Notes: a model not told the origin generated them from the letters alone. 64,000 nucleotides of DNA from Rubrivivax sp. (GCA_044507405.1 JBIQJS010000005.1:4450-68449); one strand, 5' to 3'; positions 51,361 to 60,013 are shown, counted from the stretch's first letter. Numbers and translations are program-made.

Positions 51361-51744
51361 CTAGAGCGCTTCCCACTGCGGCAGGCAATGCCGCGCGAGC
51401 GCCGTGATCCACGCCGGCTCGGTGGGATCAAAGGCGATCCCGAAGGCCGGGCTCACCAGGAAGCGTGCGCGCCAGAACGCGCGTTCATCGTGCTGCTGCA
51501 CGAAGCCCTGCAGGCTCGCGTAGGGCACGGCCACCGCGCCGAGGTGCAGGACCGGCGACTCCGCGGTGATCTCTTCCAGCCGACCGTTGTCCTGGAAGCG
51601 CAGCACCACCTCTCCATAGTCCATCTCGTTCAGCTCGACCGCATTGCGGCCCGAGCGCAGCGGCTCGCCCATCGTGTCGACGAGCGCCTCGCGCGTGAGC
51701 GTGAAGGCGTGGCCGGCGTAGGAGACGTAGGGGTCGAGCCGCAT
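51361..51744 (-). CDS. Hypothetical protein (127 aa)
   Basis: Globular-looking sequence and host-like codon usage; downstream of the glutaredoxin gene. Confidence 0.65.
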   Translation of the reverse strand: MRLDPYVSYAGHAFTLTREALVDTMGEPLRSGRNAVELNEMDYGEVVLRFQDNGRLEEITAESPVLHLGAVAVPYASLQGFVQQHDERAFWRARFLVSPAFGIAFDPTEPAWITALARHCLPQWEAL

Positions 51745-51765
51745 GAGCGTGGGCTCGACCGGGGC

Positions 51766-52008
51766 TCATCGGCCGAGCTGCGCCAGCGCCGCCTGCAGGC
51801 CGGCGAGGCCGCCTACGCGCTGGTCGTTGATGAAGATCTGCGGCATCTGCCGCACCGACGGGCCGCACTTCTCGAAGAACGCGAGGCGCTCGGCCTCGTC
51901 GTCGATGCGGATCTCCTCGAAGGGCAGCGAGCGCGACGTGAGGAGCATCTTGGCGCTGTCGCATTGCGGGCAGGCCGACTTGGAATACACGACGATGTGG
52001 AGGTTCAT
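51766..52008 (-). CDS. Glutaredoxin
   Basis: YSKSACPQC, QMPQIFI and VGG motifs. Confidence 0.92.
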   Translation of the reverse strand: MNLHIVVYSKSACPQCDSAKMLLTSRSLPFEEIRIDDEAERLAFFEKCGPSVRQMPQIFINDQRVGGLAGLQAALAQLGR

Positions 52009-52202
52009 GGGGCGCAAGTTTAGGCGGGGGTGTGCAACGCACCGCGGCACATGGCTGTCGGACCCTGGGCGACCCAGCGCGAGCTTGCGGCACCGTCCTA
52101 CAGCGCCAGCGTGCAGGCGCTGACGGTTTTGATGCGGTGCAGCAGGCAGCATCTCTCCCGGGGCCGTCATGGTGACCGTGCCCATCACAACAGGAGAGAT
52201 TC

Positions 52203-52457
52203 ATGAGAAAGCAACTTGCCATCGCTCTTGCGGCACTGTCCCTGGCGGGCGTCGCCACGGCGCAGGTCACGACCACCGTGAAGGAGGGCGCCAAGGCCAC
52301 GGCCGAGACGGCCAAGCAGGGCGCCGAGAACGCCAAGGCGGCCGTGTCCGACCAGCCCGAGAAGACCGGGCACAAGGCCAAGGCGAAGGTGCACAAGGCC
52401 AAGGCCAAGCACCACGGCGAAAACGCCAAGGAAGCGGCGAAGGACACGGTCAAGTAA
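52203..52457 (+). CDS. Small secreted Lys/Ala/His-rich protein (LEA-like)
   Basis: RBS AGGAG, signal peptide and KAKAK repeats. Confidence 0.75.
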   Translation: MRKQLAIALAALSLAGVATAQVTTTVKEGAKATAETAKQGAENAKAAVSDQPEKTGHKAKAKVHKAKAKHHGENAKEAAKDTVK

Positions 52458-52487
52458 GCGCCCTCGTCGGCACCACAGGGAGGACGC

Positions 52488-53480
52488 GTGGCGCGGCGCA
52501 CGCTGGCGACGGCCTGGGCGAAATCCTTCGAGCGCAGCCTGGGCGCCTGGGCGCGTGCGGGGCTGCAGCCGGGCGGTCGCCGGCTCGGCCAGGCCGCGAA
52601 GGCCGCAGCCGAGCGCCGGCAGCCGCCACCGGGGCCGGGCGACTGGCTGCCCGGTGTGGCGGTGGGCCTGACCGGCCTGCTGCGCTTTCACGTCTACCGG
52701 CCACCGGGCCTGCACTATGCAGAGCGGGTGCCGGTGGTCGTGATGCTGCACGGCTGCGGGCAGGACGCGCGCAGCTTCGCCGCGAGCACGCGCATGAACC
52801 GCCTGGCCGACAAGGAGCGCTTCCTGGTGCTCTATCCCGAGCAGGACCGCGTGGCCAATGCGCAGGGCTGCTGGAACTGGTTCGACACCCGCTCGGGCCG
52901 CGCCTACAGCGAGGCGGGGCTCATCCTCAAGGCGATCGACCAGGTGAGCCTCTTCTACCCGGCCGACCGCACGCGGGTGGTGCTCGTGGGGCTGTCGGCG
53001 GGCGCGAGCATGGCGGCGCTGCTCGCCACGCGCCACCCGGGGCGCTTCCGGGCGCTGGTGATGCACTCGGGCGTGGCGCCGGGTTCGGCCGACTCGAGCG
53101 CAGCGGCGCTGCGCGCGATGCGCGGGCGGCAGATGCTCACGCCGCTCGCGGTGGCCGAGGCGCTGCCGGCGCTGATGGTGATCCACGGCGCGCACGACCG
53201 CGTGGTCTCGTCGCGCAACGCCCATGCCACCGTCACCCTCTGGGCCGATGCGGCCGGCGCCACGGCCGGCGAGACGCGCCGTGTCCGGCGCGGGCAGCGG
53301 CATGCGATGACGCTCACCGAGTACCGCGCGCGCAACCGTGCGGTGGCGACGCTCGTCGAGGTGGACAGCCTCGGCCATGCCTGGAGCGGCGGTGCGCCGC
53401 GCAAGCCCTACAGCGACAGCCGCGGCCCCGATGCCTCACGGCTGGCCTGGGCCTTCGCACGGCGCCAGTTCTCGGCCTGA
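52488..53480 (+). CDS. PHB-depolymerase/LpqC-family esterase
   Basis: LHGCGQ, CWNWF, GLSAG, HG..D.VV and GHAWSGG motifs; RBS GGAGG and GTG start. Confidence 0.88.
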   Translation: MARRTLATAWAKSFERSLGAWARAGLQPGGRRLGQAAKAAAERRQPPPGPGDWLPGVAVGLTGLLRFHVYRPPGLHYAERVPVVVMLHGCGQDARSFAASTRMNRLADKERFLVLYPEQDRVANAQGCWNWFDTRSGRAYSEAGLILKAIDQVSLFYPADRTRVVLVGLSAGASMAALLATRHPGRFRALVMHSGVAPGSADSSAAALRAMRGRQMLTPLAVAEALPALMVIHGAHDRVVSSRNAHATVTLWADAAGATAGETRRVRRGQRHAMTLTEYRARNRAVATLVEVDSLGHAWSGGAPRKPYSDSRGPDASRLAWAFARRQFSA

Positions 53481-53551
53481 CGGCGCCGCGCGGGCGAATC
53501 CGCTCCTGCACAATCCCGGGCCTCGCCGCGATGCCCGACGGAGACCTGCGC

Positions 53552-54130
53552 ATGACCCCTGAAGAACGACGCGCGCTGCGCGACAAGCTCATCACCGCAC
53601 GCCAGTCCATGCCCGACCGGCTGGAGCGTGCCGTGCAGCTGCAGCAGGTGCTGCGTGCCTGGCTCGTGAGCCGCAAGGAATCGACCATCGGCGCCTACTG
53701 GCCGATCAAGGGCGAGTTCGACCCGCTGCCGGCGCTCTTTCGCTGGAGCGAAGGCGGGCCCGAAGGTTCGCCGCGCCGCATCGGCCTACCGGTGACGGAC
53801 CGTCTCACCGGCGAGTTGCGCTTCCATGTGTGGTACCCGGGCTGCCCGATGGAGCTTGACGCGCACGACATCCCCAAGCCCAAGGACACCGACCAGTTCC
53901 GCCCCGCGCTGCTCGTGCTGCCCTGCGTGGGCTACGGACCCGGCGGTGTGCGTCTGGGTTATGGCGGCGGCTTCTACGACCGCACGCTGGAGAGCATGAA
54001 CCCACGCCCGCTCACCATCGGCGTGGGCTACGCGCACGGCTTCCTGCCGCTGCTGCGGGCCGAGCCCGACGACCGGCTGGTCGACGTCATGCTCACCGAA
54101 GAAGGCGTGATGTGGCAGCGCACCGCCTAG
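53552..54130 (+). CDS. 5-formyltetrahydrofolate cyclo-ligase family protein (copy 2)
   Basis: YWPIKGEFD, LPCVGY and RLGYGGGFYDR motifs. Confidence 0.9.
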   Translation: MTPEERRALRDKLITARQSMPDRLERAVQLQQVLRAWLVSRKESTIGAYWPIKGEFDPLPALFRWSEGGPEGSPRRIGLPVTDRLTGELRFHVWYPGCPMELDAHDIPKPKDTDQFRPALLVLPCVGYGPGGVRLGYGGGFYDRTLESMNPRPLTIGVGYAHGFLPLLRAEPDDRLVDVMLTEEGVMWQRTA

Positions 54131-54158
54131 GGCGGGACGCTTCCATGGATCACGTCAC

Positions 54159-55331
54159 TCAGGCCGCCTTGCGCATCGTGCCGCGCGCAAGCTCGGTGCC
54201 AGCCGTCCAGCGGTAGGTGGCCGAGACGATTTCGGACGGCGAGCCTTCGCTGTTGAGCTGGTCGCGGTAGGCGATCGACGAGGCGCCTTCCTCGCTCTCG
54301 TCCACGAACTCGGTGCCGTTCTTGCGCAGCTGCGTCTCCGCGGCGATCACCTCGCGCAGGTACTCGCGGTGGCTCTTGAAGACGATGGGCGCGGGCAGCG
54401 TGCCATCGCCCAGCAGCTCGGCCGGGTCGCGGCCCGATTGCTTGAAGAGCTCGATCACGGCCGACAGGTGGCCCAGCTCGTAGTCGAGGAAGCGCTCCCA
54501 GATCGCCTTGATGCGCGGGTTGGTCTCCTGCTCCACGCAGGCGCTGTAGTTCCACACCTCGCAGGCTTCCTGCAGGAGGAGCTTCTCGAGCGGCGACTCG
54601 TCGGGGTTGACCATGCTGCCGTAGTGCACGATGTGCTGCGACTCGATGGAGGCGATCTCGGCGTAGAGCTGGCGCGCGATCGGGTCGGTGAAGAGCGGCC
54701 CGATGTTCATGTAGTAGTCGTGCGTCTGGTACTCGCCGCCGGTGAGCGTGATGGCGTGCAGCTTGGTGGCCAGCGCCGCATCGGGCTCGTAGGGGCGCAG
54801 CAGCTCGTGCTCGGGCGCGCGGTGGTGCACCAGCGTCGGCCGCGCCGGGATGATGTCGGTGTGGCCCTGGGTGATGTTGTTGGCGTCCTTGCCTTCCAGC
54901 CGGTCGAGCAGCGCGCTGTAGCGGTAGAGGTGGTCGAAGTCTTCCAGCAGCGCGTAGCGGTAGCCCTGCGCGAGGTACGGATCGGCTTCGAGCTGCGCGA
55001 CCGAGGCGGTGACCTCGATCGCGGTCTGCTCGTAGCCGATGGTGGTCTCGATGGGCGAGTGGTCGGCGCCGATCAGCCAGTTGATGAGCGTGGCCTGGTG
55101 CTGCTCGCAGCGCATGATGCGCGCGATCGGCTCGCGCAGCGGGCCGTTCATGCGGATCATCACCTGCTTGACGCGCAGCGAGTCGAGCTCCACGCCGTTC
55201 ATGAGGATGATGCGGATGCGGGTGAAGGTGTCGTCGTCCAGCTTGCTGATGGGCTTCTGGACCATGTCCTTCCAGGTGAACTTCTGGCGATCCAGCGGCG
55301 TGCCGCGGTCGGTGAGGAGGTTGATGGCCAT
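54159..55331 (-). CDS. Uncharacterised protein with two predicted ferritin-like four-helix bundles
   Basis: Repeating E...ExxH-type helix pairs (EQHQ, EDFDH, ESQH, ELGH); RBS AAAGGA. Confidence 0.72.
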   Translation of the reverse strand: MAINLLTDRGTPLDRQKFTWKDMVQKPISKLDDDTFTRIRIILMNGVELDSLRVKQVMIRMNGPLREPIARIMRCEQHQATLINWLIGADHSPIETTIGYEQTAIEVTASVAQLEADPYLAQGYRYALLEDFDHLYRYSALLDRLEGKDANNITQGHTDIIPARPTLVHHRAPEHELLRPYEPDAALATKLHAITLTGGEYQTHDYYMNIGPLFTDPIARQLYAEIASIESQHIVHYGSMVNPDESPLEKLLLQEACEVWNYSACVEQETNPRIKAIWERFLDYELGHLSAVIELFKQSGRDPAELLGDGTLPAPIVFKSHREYLREVIAAETQLRKNGTEFVDESEEGASSIAYRDQLNSEGSPSEIVSATYRWTAGTELARGTMRKAA

Positions 55332-55349
55332 GTCTCGTGTCCTTTCCGG

Positions 55350-56138
55350 TCAGATGACTTCGGGTTTCGGTTCGACCACCACCAGCGCGGTGAGCCACTG
55401 CTTGATGATCTGGAGATGCTCCTGCTCCTGGCACAGCGCGCCCAGGAACTGGCCCGCGAGGTCGGATTCACCCGCGTCGTCGGCGAGCGCGGCCAGCAGC
55501 TCCCAGCCGGCGTTGTCGGCCAGCTCCACGGCGAGCATCGCGTTCAGGCACTGCGCGAGCGTGGTGCGCGGGTCGTTGAGCACCTGCATGAAGCCGCTGG
55601 AGGCGAGCGCGGTCACGTCGGCGCAGGGCGTCATGCAGGTCGGGTCGCCGCCCATGTGCACGATGGCCTCGGTGAGCAGCTGGAAGTGCTCCAGCTCCTC
55701 GTTGTGGATGCGCGTGAGGGCCGCGTGCGCCTCCTCGGTCGGGCGCGCCGCGCCCTCGGCGTCGAGCAGCGTGACGGGCGGCAGCACGTCGTCGCTCGCC
55801 TGGCGCGCGGCTTCGTACTTGAGCAGCAGCGCTTCATAGAGGCGCGCGCCGGTGCGCTCGTAGGCCAGGCGTTCGCCCAGCTTGTCGAGGAAGACGCTGG
55901 GCATGCCGCCCTTGAGCTTGGCGATGCCTGACTTGACGACGCCCTTCATGGTCGTGGGCACGGGGATGGAGCCCACTGCATCGGCCTCTTCGATATAGGC
56001 GAGCTTCTGGGTTTCCATCTCGGAGACGTCGATCTCGTCGAAGGGGGTGAATTCTTCGGTGGCCTGGGTCATGGCCACCACAGCGGCCGGCGCGAGGCTC
56101 GCGCCGGTCAGGTTCGGGCCGAGGGAGGTGGGTTGCAT
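55350..56138 (-). CDS. Ferritin-like domain protein
   Basis: ERLAYERTGARLYE, EELEH, GGDP, ELADN and EQEH di-metal pattern; RBS AAAGGA. Confidence 0.82.
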   Translation of the reverse strand: MQPTSLGPNLTGASLAPAAVVAMTQATEEFTPFDEIDVSEMETQKLAYIEEADAVGSIPVPTTMKGVVKSGIAKLKGGMPSVFLDKLGERLAYERTGARLYEALLLKYEAARQASDDVLPPVTLLDAEGAARPTEEAHAALTRIHNEELEHFQLLTEAIVHMGGDPTCMTPCADVTALASSGFMQVLNDPRTTLAQCLNAMLAVELADNAGWELLAALADDAGESDLAGQFLGALCQEQEHLQIIKQWLTALVVVEPKPEVI

Positions 56139-56172
56139 CGCGGGTCCTTTCTGGATGTGACACCGCAACATG

Positions 56173-56186
56173 GCAAACCGCATACC
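56173..56186 (-). promoter_or_regulatory. Putative sigma-54 (-24/-12) promoter for the ferritin-like operon
   Basis: Minus strand reads GGTATGCGGTTTGC (GG-N10-GC ending TTGC), about 35 nt upstream of ATG 56138. Confidence 0.6.
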
Positions 56187-56203
56187 GCGCGACGGCGAGC
56201 GCC

Positions 56204-56217
56204 GGTACGCACGTTGC
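56204..56217 (+). promoter_or_regulatory. Putative sigma-54 (-24/-12) promoter for the S9 peptidase
   Basis: GGTACGCACGTTGC (GG-N10-GC ending TTGC). Confidence 0.55.
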
Positions 56218-56228
56218 CCGCGAGGGCC

Positions 56229-58493
56229 GTGCCCGACCTCGCCTTCGAACCCATCGACCTGCAGCGCCACCGGCAGGTGACCGCCCTCGACGGCACGCGC
56301 GCTCACGACGAGGCCGTGTGCTCGGTGAAGCACGTGGAGCCCGCGGAGGATGGCTACCTGAGTGCGCTCTGGATCCTCGACGCGAGTGGCGAGCGCGCGC
56401 CGCAGCAGCTCACCGCCGGCATCGCGCTCGACACCCAGCCGGCGTGGTCGCCCGATGGCCGGCGCATCGCCTTTCTCTCCGATCGCCAGGGCGGTCCACC
56501 ACAGCTGCATGTGATCGAGCGCGCAGGCGGCGAGGCGCGGCTCGTGTGCGAGCTCGCGCAGGGCGTGCAGACCTTTGCGTGGCATCCCGACGGGGAACGG
56601 CTGATCGCGATCGTGACCGTCGCTGTCGATCCCGACGCGCACGGCCGGGAGGGCGATGCGCCGCCGCGCGACCGTGGCCCGGACGCGCCCGAAGTGGTGT
56701 GGCGCCTGCCCTACAAGCTCGACGGGCTGGGTTACACGCTTGCCGAGCGTGCCCACCTTTACGGCATCAATGTCGCGAGCGGCGAGGCGGCGCCGTTGAC
56801 GCAGGGCGACTTCGAGGTGCGGGGCTTCGACGTCTCGCCGGACGGCCGGCAGATCGTCTACGTGCGCACGCGCGAGGAGGCGCACCACTGCACCGACCTG
56901 TGGCTGATGCCGTCGGCCGGGGGGGAGGCGCGCCGGCTCACCTTCGACCAGGCGACGGCGAGCGCACCCGCGTGGTCGCCGGACGGGCGCTGCATCGTCT
57001 ACGCCGGCGCCTGCGACGCCGGCGATGCGCAGCTGCGCCTTTGGCGCCTCGACCTGCCCGATGGTCGCGTGCAGGGCCTGGGCGGCGAAGACGTGGAGGC
57101 CGTGCCGGGCAGCAAGCCCTGCTGGACGCCCGACGGCCGCGCCTTCGACTGCGTGCTGGCGCGCCGCGGCCTGCAGCAGGTGGCGCGCGTCCCGCTCGAC
57201 GGCGGTCCCTGCAGCGTCCTGGTGCAGGGCGAGCGCCACGTCGAGCGGGTGACGGCGACGGCGAACCGCCTCGTGTACACCGCCGTCTCGCCGGCGTCAC
57301 CGCAGGAGGTGATGAGCACCGACCGGGAGGGCTTGCACGAGCGCGTGCTCAGCGCCTTCAATGCCTGGTGGCGCGACCGCCCCGCGCCGCTGGTGCTGTG
57401 GCGCCGGTTCACCGTGCCCGATGGCGAGGGCGGCGAGGAAAACATCGACGGCTGGCTGATGCTCCCCGCCGGCCACCGCGAGGGCCGGCTGCCGCTGCTC
57501 GTCGACGTGCACGGCGGCCCGGCGAGCTATGTGCTGCTCAACCACCAGGCGCACCCGCACTGGCCCATCCTCTGCCAGCGGGGCTGGGCGGTGCTCGCGC
57601 TCAACTGCGTGGGCTCCAGCAGCTACGGCCATGCGTTCAGCGCGCGCCTGCGCGCACGCTGGGGCGAGCTCGATCTCGACCAGCACCTGGCGGCGGTGAA
57701 GACCCTGCAGCGCGAAGGGCTCGCGAGTGACCGCGTCGCCATCCTGGGCAAGTCCTACGGCGGCTTCATGAGCGCCTGGGCCATCGGCAAGACCGACGTC
57801 TTCCGCTGCGCCGTGGTGATGGCGCCGGTCGGCAACCTCGAGACGCACTACGGCACTTCCGACAGCGGCTACTACGCCGACCCGTACTCGATGTGCGGCG
57901 AGCCTTACGTCAACCGCGAGGTCAGTCGCAAGCTCTCCCCGATGCAATATGTGCAGCAAACCCGGACGCCCACGCTCTTCCTCCAGGGCAAGGAAGACGA
58001 GCGCTGCCCCAAGTGCCAATCCGAGGAGCTCTACGTGACGATCGCGCGCGCGAGCCGCACGCCGGTCGAGATGGTCCTGTACCCGGGCGGCAGCCACCAT
58101 TTCTGGGAGGACGGGCGCCCCTCCCACCGACTGGATGCCCTGCAGCGCGTGCTCGCATGGCTCACGCGCTGGATCGACGTGCCGCTCGCCACGCGCGCGT
58201 CGCCGGCGCCGCACGCGCAGCCGATCGGCATGCCGGTTGCCGGATTTCCAGGCCGGCAGATCGGCCGGCATTCAATCCAGGAGATCGAGATGACGCAACA
58301 GCAGGATCGCAATCAACAAGGGCAACAACAGGAGCAGCAAGGCGGCTCGCAGAACCAGCAGGGCGGTGGCAGCCGCAGCGGCCAGCAACAGCAAGGCGGC
58401 AACCAGCAGAACCAGCAAGGCGGCCAGCAGCAACCCAGCCAGCAGCAGGACCGCAACCAGCAGCAGGACCAGAACCGCCAGGAGCGGCGCTGA
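56229..58493 (+). CDS. S9-family peptidase (beta-propeller + alpha/beta hydrolase), reading through into a Q-rich tail
   Basis: WSPDG repeats, VHGGP, GKSYGG (Ser), DERCP (Asp) and GSHH (His); GTG start at 56229 inferred. Confidence 0.9.
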   Translation: MPDLAFEPIDLQRHRQVTALDGTRAHDEAVCSVKHVEPAEDGYLSALWILDASGERAPQQLTAGIALDTQPAWSPDGRRIAFLSDRQGGPPQLHVIERAGGEARLVCELAQGVQTFAWHPDGERLIAIVTVAVDPDAHGREGDAPPRDRGPDAPEVVWRLPYKLDGLGYTLAERAHLYGINVASGEAAPLTQGDFEVRGFDVSPDGRQIVYVRTREEAHHCTDLWLMPSAGGEARRLTFDQATASAPAWSPDGRCIVYAGACDAGDAQLRLWRLDLPDGRVQGLGGEDVEAVPGSKPCWTPDGRAFDCVLARRGLQQVARVPLDGGPCSVLVQGERHVERVTATANRLVYTAVSPASPQEVMSTDREGLHERVLSAFNAWWRDRPAPLVLWRRFTVPDGEGGEENIDGWLMLPAGHREGRLPLLVDVHGGPASYVLLNHQAHPHWPILCQRGWAVLALNCVGSSSYGHAFSARLRARWGELDLDQHLAAVKTLQREGLASDRVAILGKSYGGFMSAWAIGKTDVFRCAVVMAPVGNLETHYGTSDSGYYADPYSMCGEPYVNREVSRKLSPMQYVQQTRTPTLFLQGKEDERCPKCQSEELYVTIARASRTPVEMVLYPGGSHHFWEDGRPSHRLDALQRVLAWLTRWIDVPLATRASPAPHAQPIGMPVAGFPGRQIGRHSIQEIEMTQQQDRNQQGQQQEQQGGSQNQQGGGSRSGQQQQGGNQQNQQGGQQQPSQQQDRNQQQDQNRQERR
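58227..58240 (+). promoter_or_regulatory. Putative internal sigma-54 promoter for the Q-rich microprotein
   Basis: GGCATGCCGGTTGC (GG-N10-GC ending TTGC), about 50 nt upstream of ATG 58290. Confidence 0.6.
58290..58493 (+). CDS. Gln/Gly/Asn-rich low-complexity microprotein (67 aa), in frame with the peptidase
   Basis: Own RBS AGGAG before the ATG; MTQQQDRNQQGQQQEQQGGSQNQQGGG... Confidence 0.7.
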   Translation: MTQQQDRNQQGQQQEQQGGSQNQQGGGSRSGQQQQGGNQQNQQGGQQQPSQQQDRNQQQDQNRQERR

Positions 58494-58523
58494 GCCGGCG
58501 ACGTCCGGCCTGGCCGGACACCA

Positions 58524-58568
58524 CCATCGCCCTGATCTCCTGGGCGATGGGTCAGCGTCTCGCTGACC
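58524..58568 (+). other. Two adjacent GC-rich hairpins after the Q-rich ORF (possible terminator or stabiliser)
   Basis: CCATCGCCC...GGGCGATGG and GGTCAGCG-tct-CGCTGACC; no clear U-tract. Confidence 0.4.
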
Positions 58569-58627
58569 AGGGGGCGTGCGCGACTGCGCCGCCGCCTGCA
58601 TCCAACCCCGTGGCGACGGCGCGTCGC

Positions 58628-59665
58628 ATGCGCGTCGCCACCACTCCATTCATCGCGGCGCTGGCCGTGTTCGCCGCTGCTGCCGAGGCGTGCAACGCGC
58701 CCGACGGTGAGCGCACGCGGCCCGTGCTCAACGTGCGCCTCGACAACGACGCGCTCGGCTTCGATGGCCAGGACCGTGGCTACACCAGCGGCTTCGAGTT
58801 CGGCTGGATGTCCGCCAACCTCGAAACGGCGCGGGGCGCCGACTGCGTGCCGCGCAACCTGCGCGCGGCGCGGCGCTGGCTTGAATCGCTGCATCCGCAG
58901 GACTTCGACCAGCGCAACTTCCTCTTCACGCTCACGCAGGCGCTCTACACGCCGAACGAAGGCGACAGCGCCGAGTTGCTCGTGAAGGACCGCCCCTATG
59001 CCGCCGTGCTGCTCTTCGGCGTGGGCTACAACGCGCGGCGCGACGAGCAACTGCGCACCACGCAGGTCCGCGTCGGCCTCGTGGGCCCCTCGGCGCGCGG
59101 GCAGGAGGTGCAGGACGGCCTGCACCGCATGATCGGCGTGCAGCAATGGCAGGGCTGGCGCCACCAGTTGCGCGACGAGCCCCTCGTGCAGATCGTGCAC
59201 GAGCGCCTGCAGCGCCATGGCCACCGGCCCATCGGGCGGAACTGGTCATGGGACCTCATCGGCCACTGGGGCGCGAGCGTGGGCAACTACCTCACGCATG
59301 CCAACGCCGGCGCCGAGTGGCGCATCGGCTGGGGCCTGCCCGACGACTTCGGCAGCGACCCGCTGCGCCCCTCGGGCGAGAACACGGCGCCGGTGCTGCG
59401 CGTGCCCACCGGTGAATGGCACTGGCACCTCTTCGCGAGCGCCGACGTGCGCGTGGTCGCCTGGAACCTCTCGCTCGACGGCAACACCTGGAAGGAAAGC
59501 CACAGCGTGGACAAGCGCCGCCTCGTCGCCGATTTCGGCGTGGGCACGAGCGTCGCCGTCAGGGGCTGGAAGCTCGCGCTCGCGCACTACTGGCGCACCC
59601 GCGAGTTCCGCGGCCAGGAGGCGCGGCCGATGTTCGGCAGCGTGACGGCGAGCCGTCGGTTCTGA
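58628..59665 (+). CDS. lpxR: Lipid A 3'-O-deacylase LpxR family (DUF2219) outer-membrane protein
   Basis: DND...DRGYTSG, Q.LYTP, DRPYA, GW.HQL and LDGN motifs; terminal F. Confidence 0.83.
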   Translation: MRVATTPFIAALAVFAAAAEACNAPDGERTRPVLNVRLDNDALGFDGQDRGYTSGFEFGWMSANLETARGADCVPRNLRAARRWLESLHPQDFDQRNFLFTLTQALYTPNEGDSAELLVKDRPYAAVLLFGVGYNARRDEQLRTTQVRVGLVGPSARGQEVQDGLHRMIGVQQWQGWRHQLRDEPLVQIVHERLQRHGHRPIGRNWSWDLIGHWGASVGNYLTHANAGAEWRIGWGLPDDFGSDPLRPSGENTAPVLRVPTGEWHWHLFASADVRVVAWNLSLDGNTWKESHSVDKRRLVADFGVGTSVAVRGWKLALAHYWRTREFRGQEARPMFGSVTASRRF

Positions 59666-59680
59666 GCGTCTCGCCGGGCC

Positions 59681-60013
59681 TCAGCTCGCGCGGCGGCCGA
59701 GCATGATGATCGCCATGCCCACGAAGCACACGGCCACGCCGATCCAGTCGGTCGTCGTCGGCCGCACGCCCTCGACCAGCATCAGCCACACCATCGCCAC
59801 GCCGATGTACACGCCGCCGTAGGCGGCATACACGCGCCCGGCGGCCGTGGGGTGCAGCGTCAGCAGCCACGCGAAGAGCGCGAGGCTCGCCGCGGCGGGC
59901 ACCAGCAGCCAGGCCGATCTGTCCTGCTTCAGCCACAGATGCGGCAAGTAGCAGCCGACGATCTCGGCGACGGCGGTCGCGACGAAGAGTGCGAAGGTCT
60001 TGAGGAGCTCCAT
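59681..60013 (-). CDS. YnfA / UPF0060 SMR-like membrane protein
   Basis: [18 protein letters not shown] and DWIG motifs. Confidence 0.92.
   Translation of the reverse strand: MELLKTFALFVATAVAEIVGCYLPHLWLKQDRSAWLLVPAAASLALFAWLLTLHPTAAGRVYAAYGGVYIGVAMVWLMLVEGVRPTTTDWIGVAVCFVGMAIIMLGRRAS

Noticed and set aside
54159..56138. Encapsulin nanocompartment with ferritin-like cargo
   Set aside because: No HK97-fold shell gene is nearby, and there is no recognisable C-terminal targeting peptide (LxIGSL-type).
58290..58493. CAG/CAA-rich repeats as a possible CRISPR array or DNA tandem repeat
   Set aside because: The repeats are codon-phased Gln/Asn/Gly runs with no constant repeat-spacer period, and no cas genes are present.
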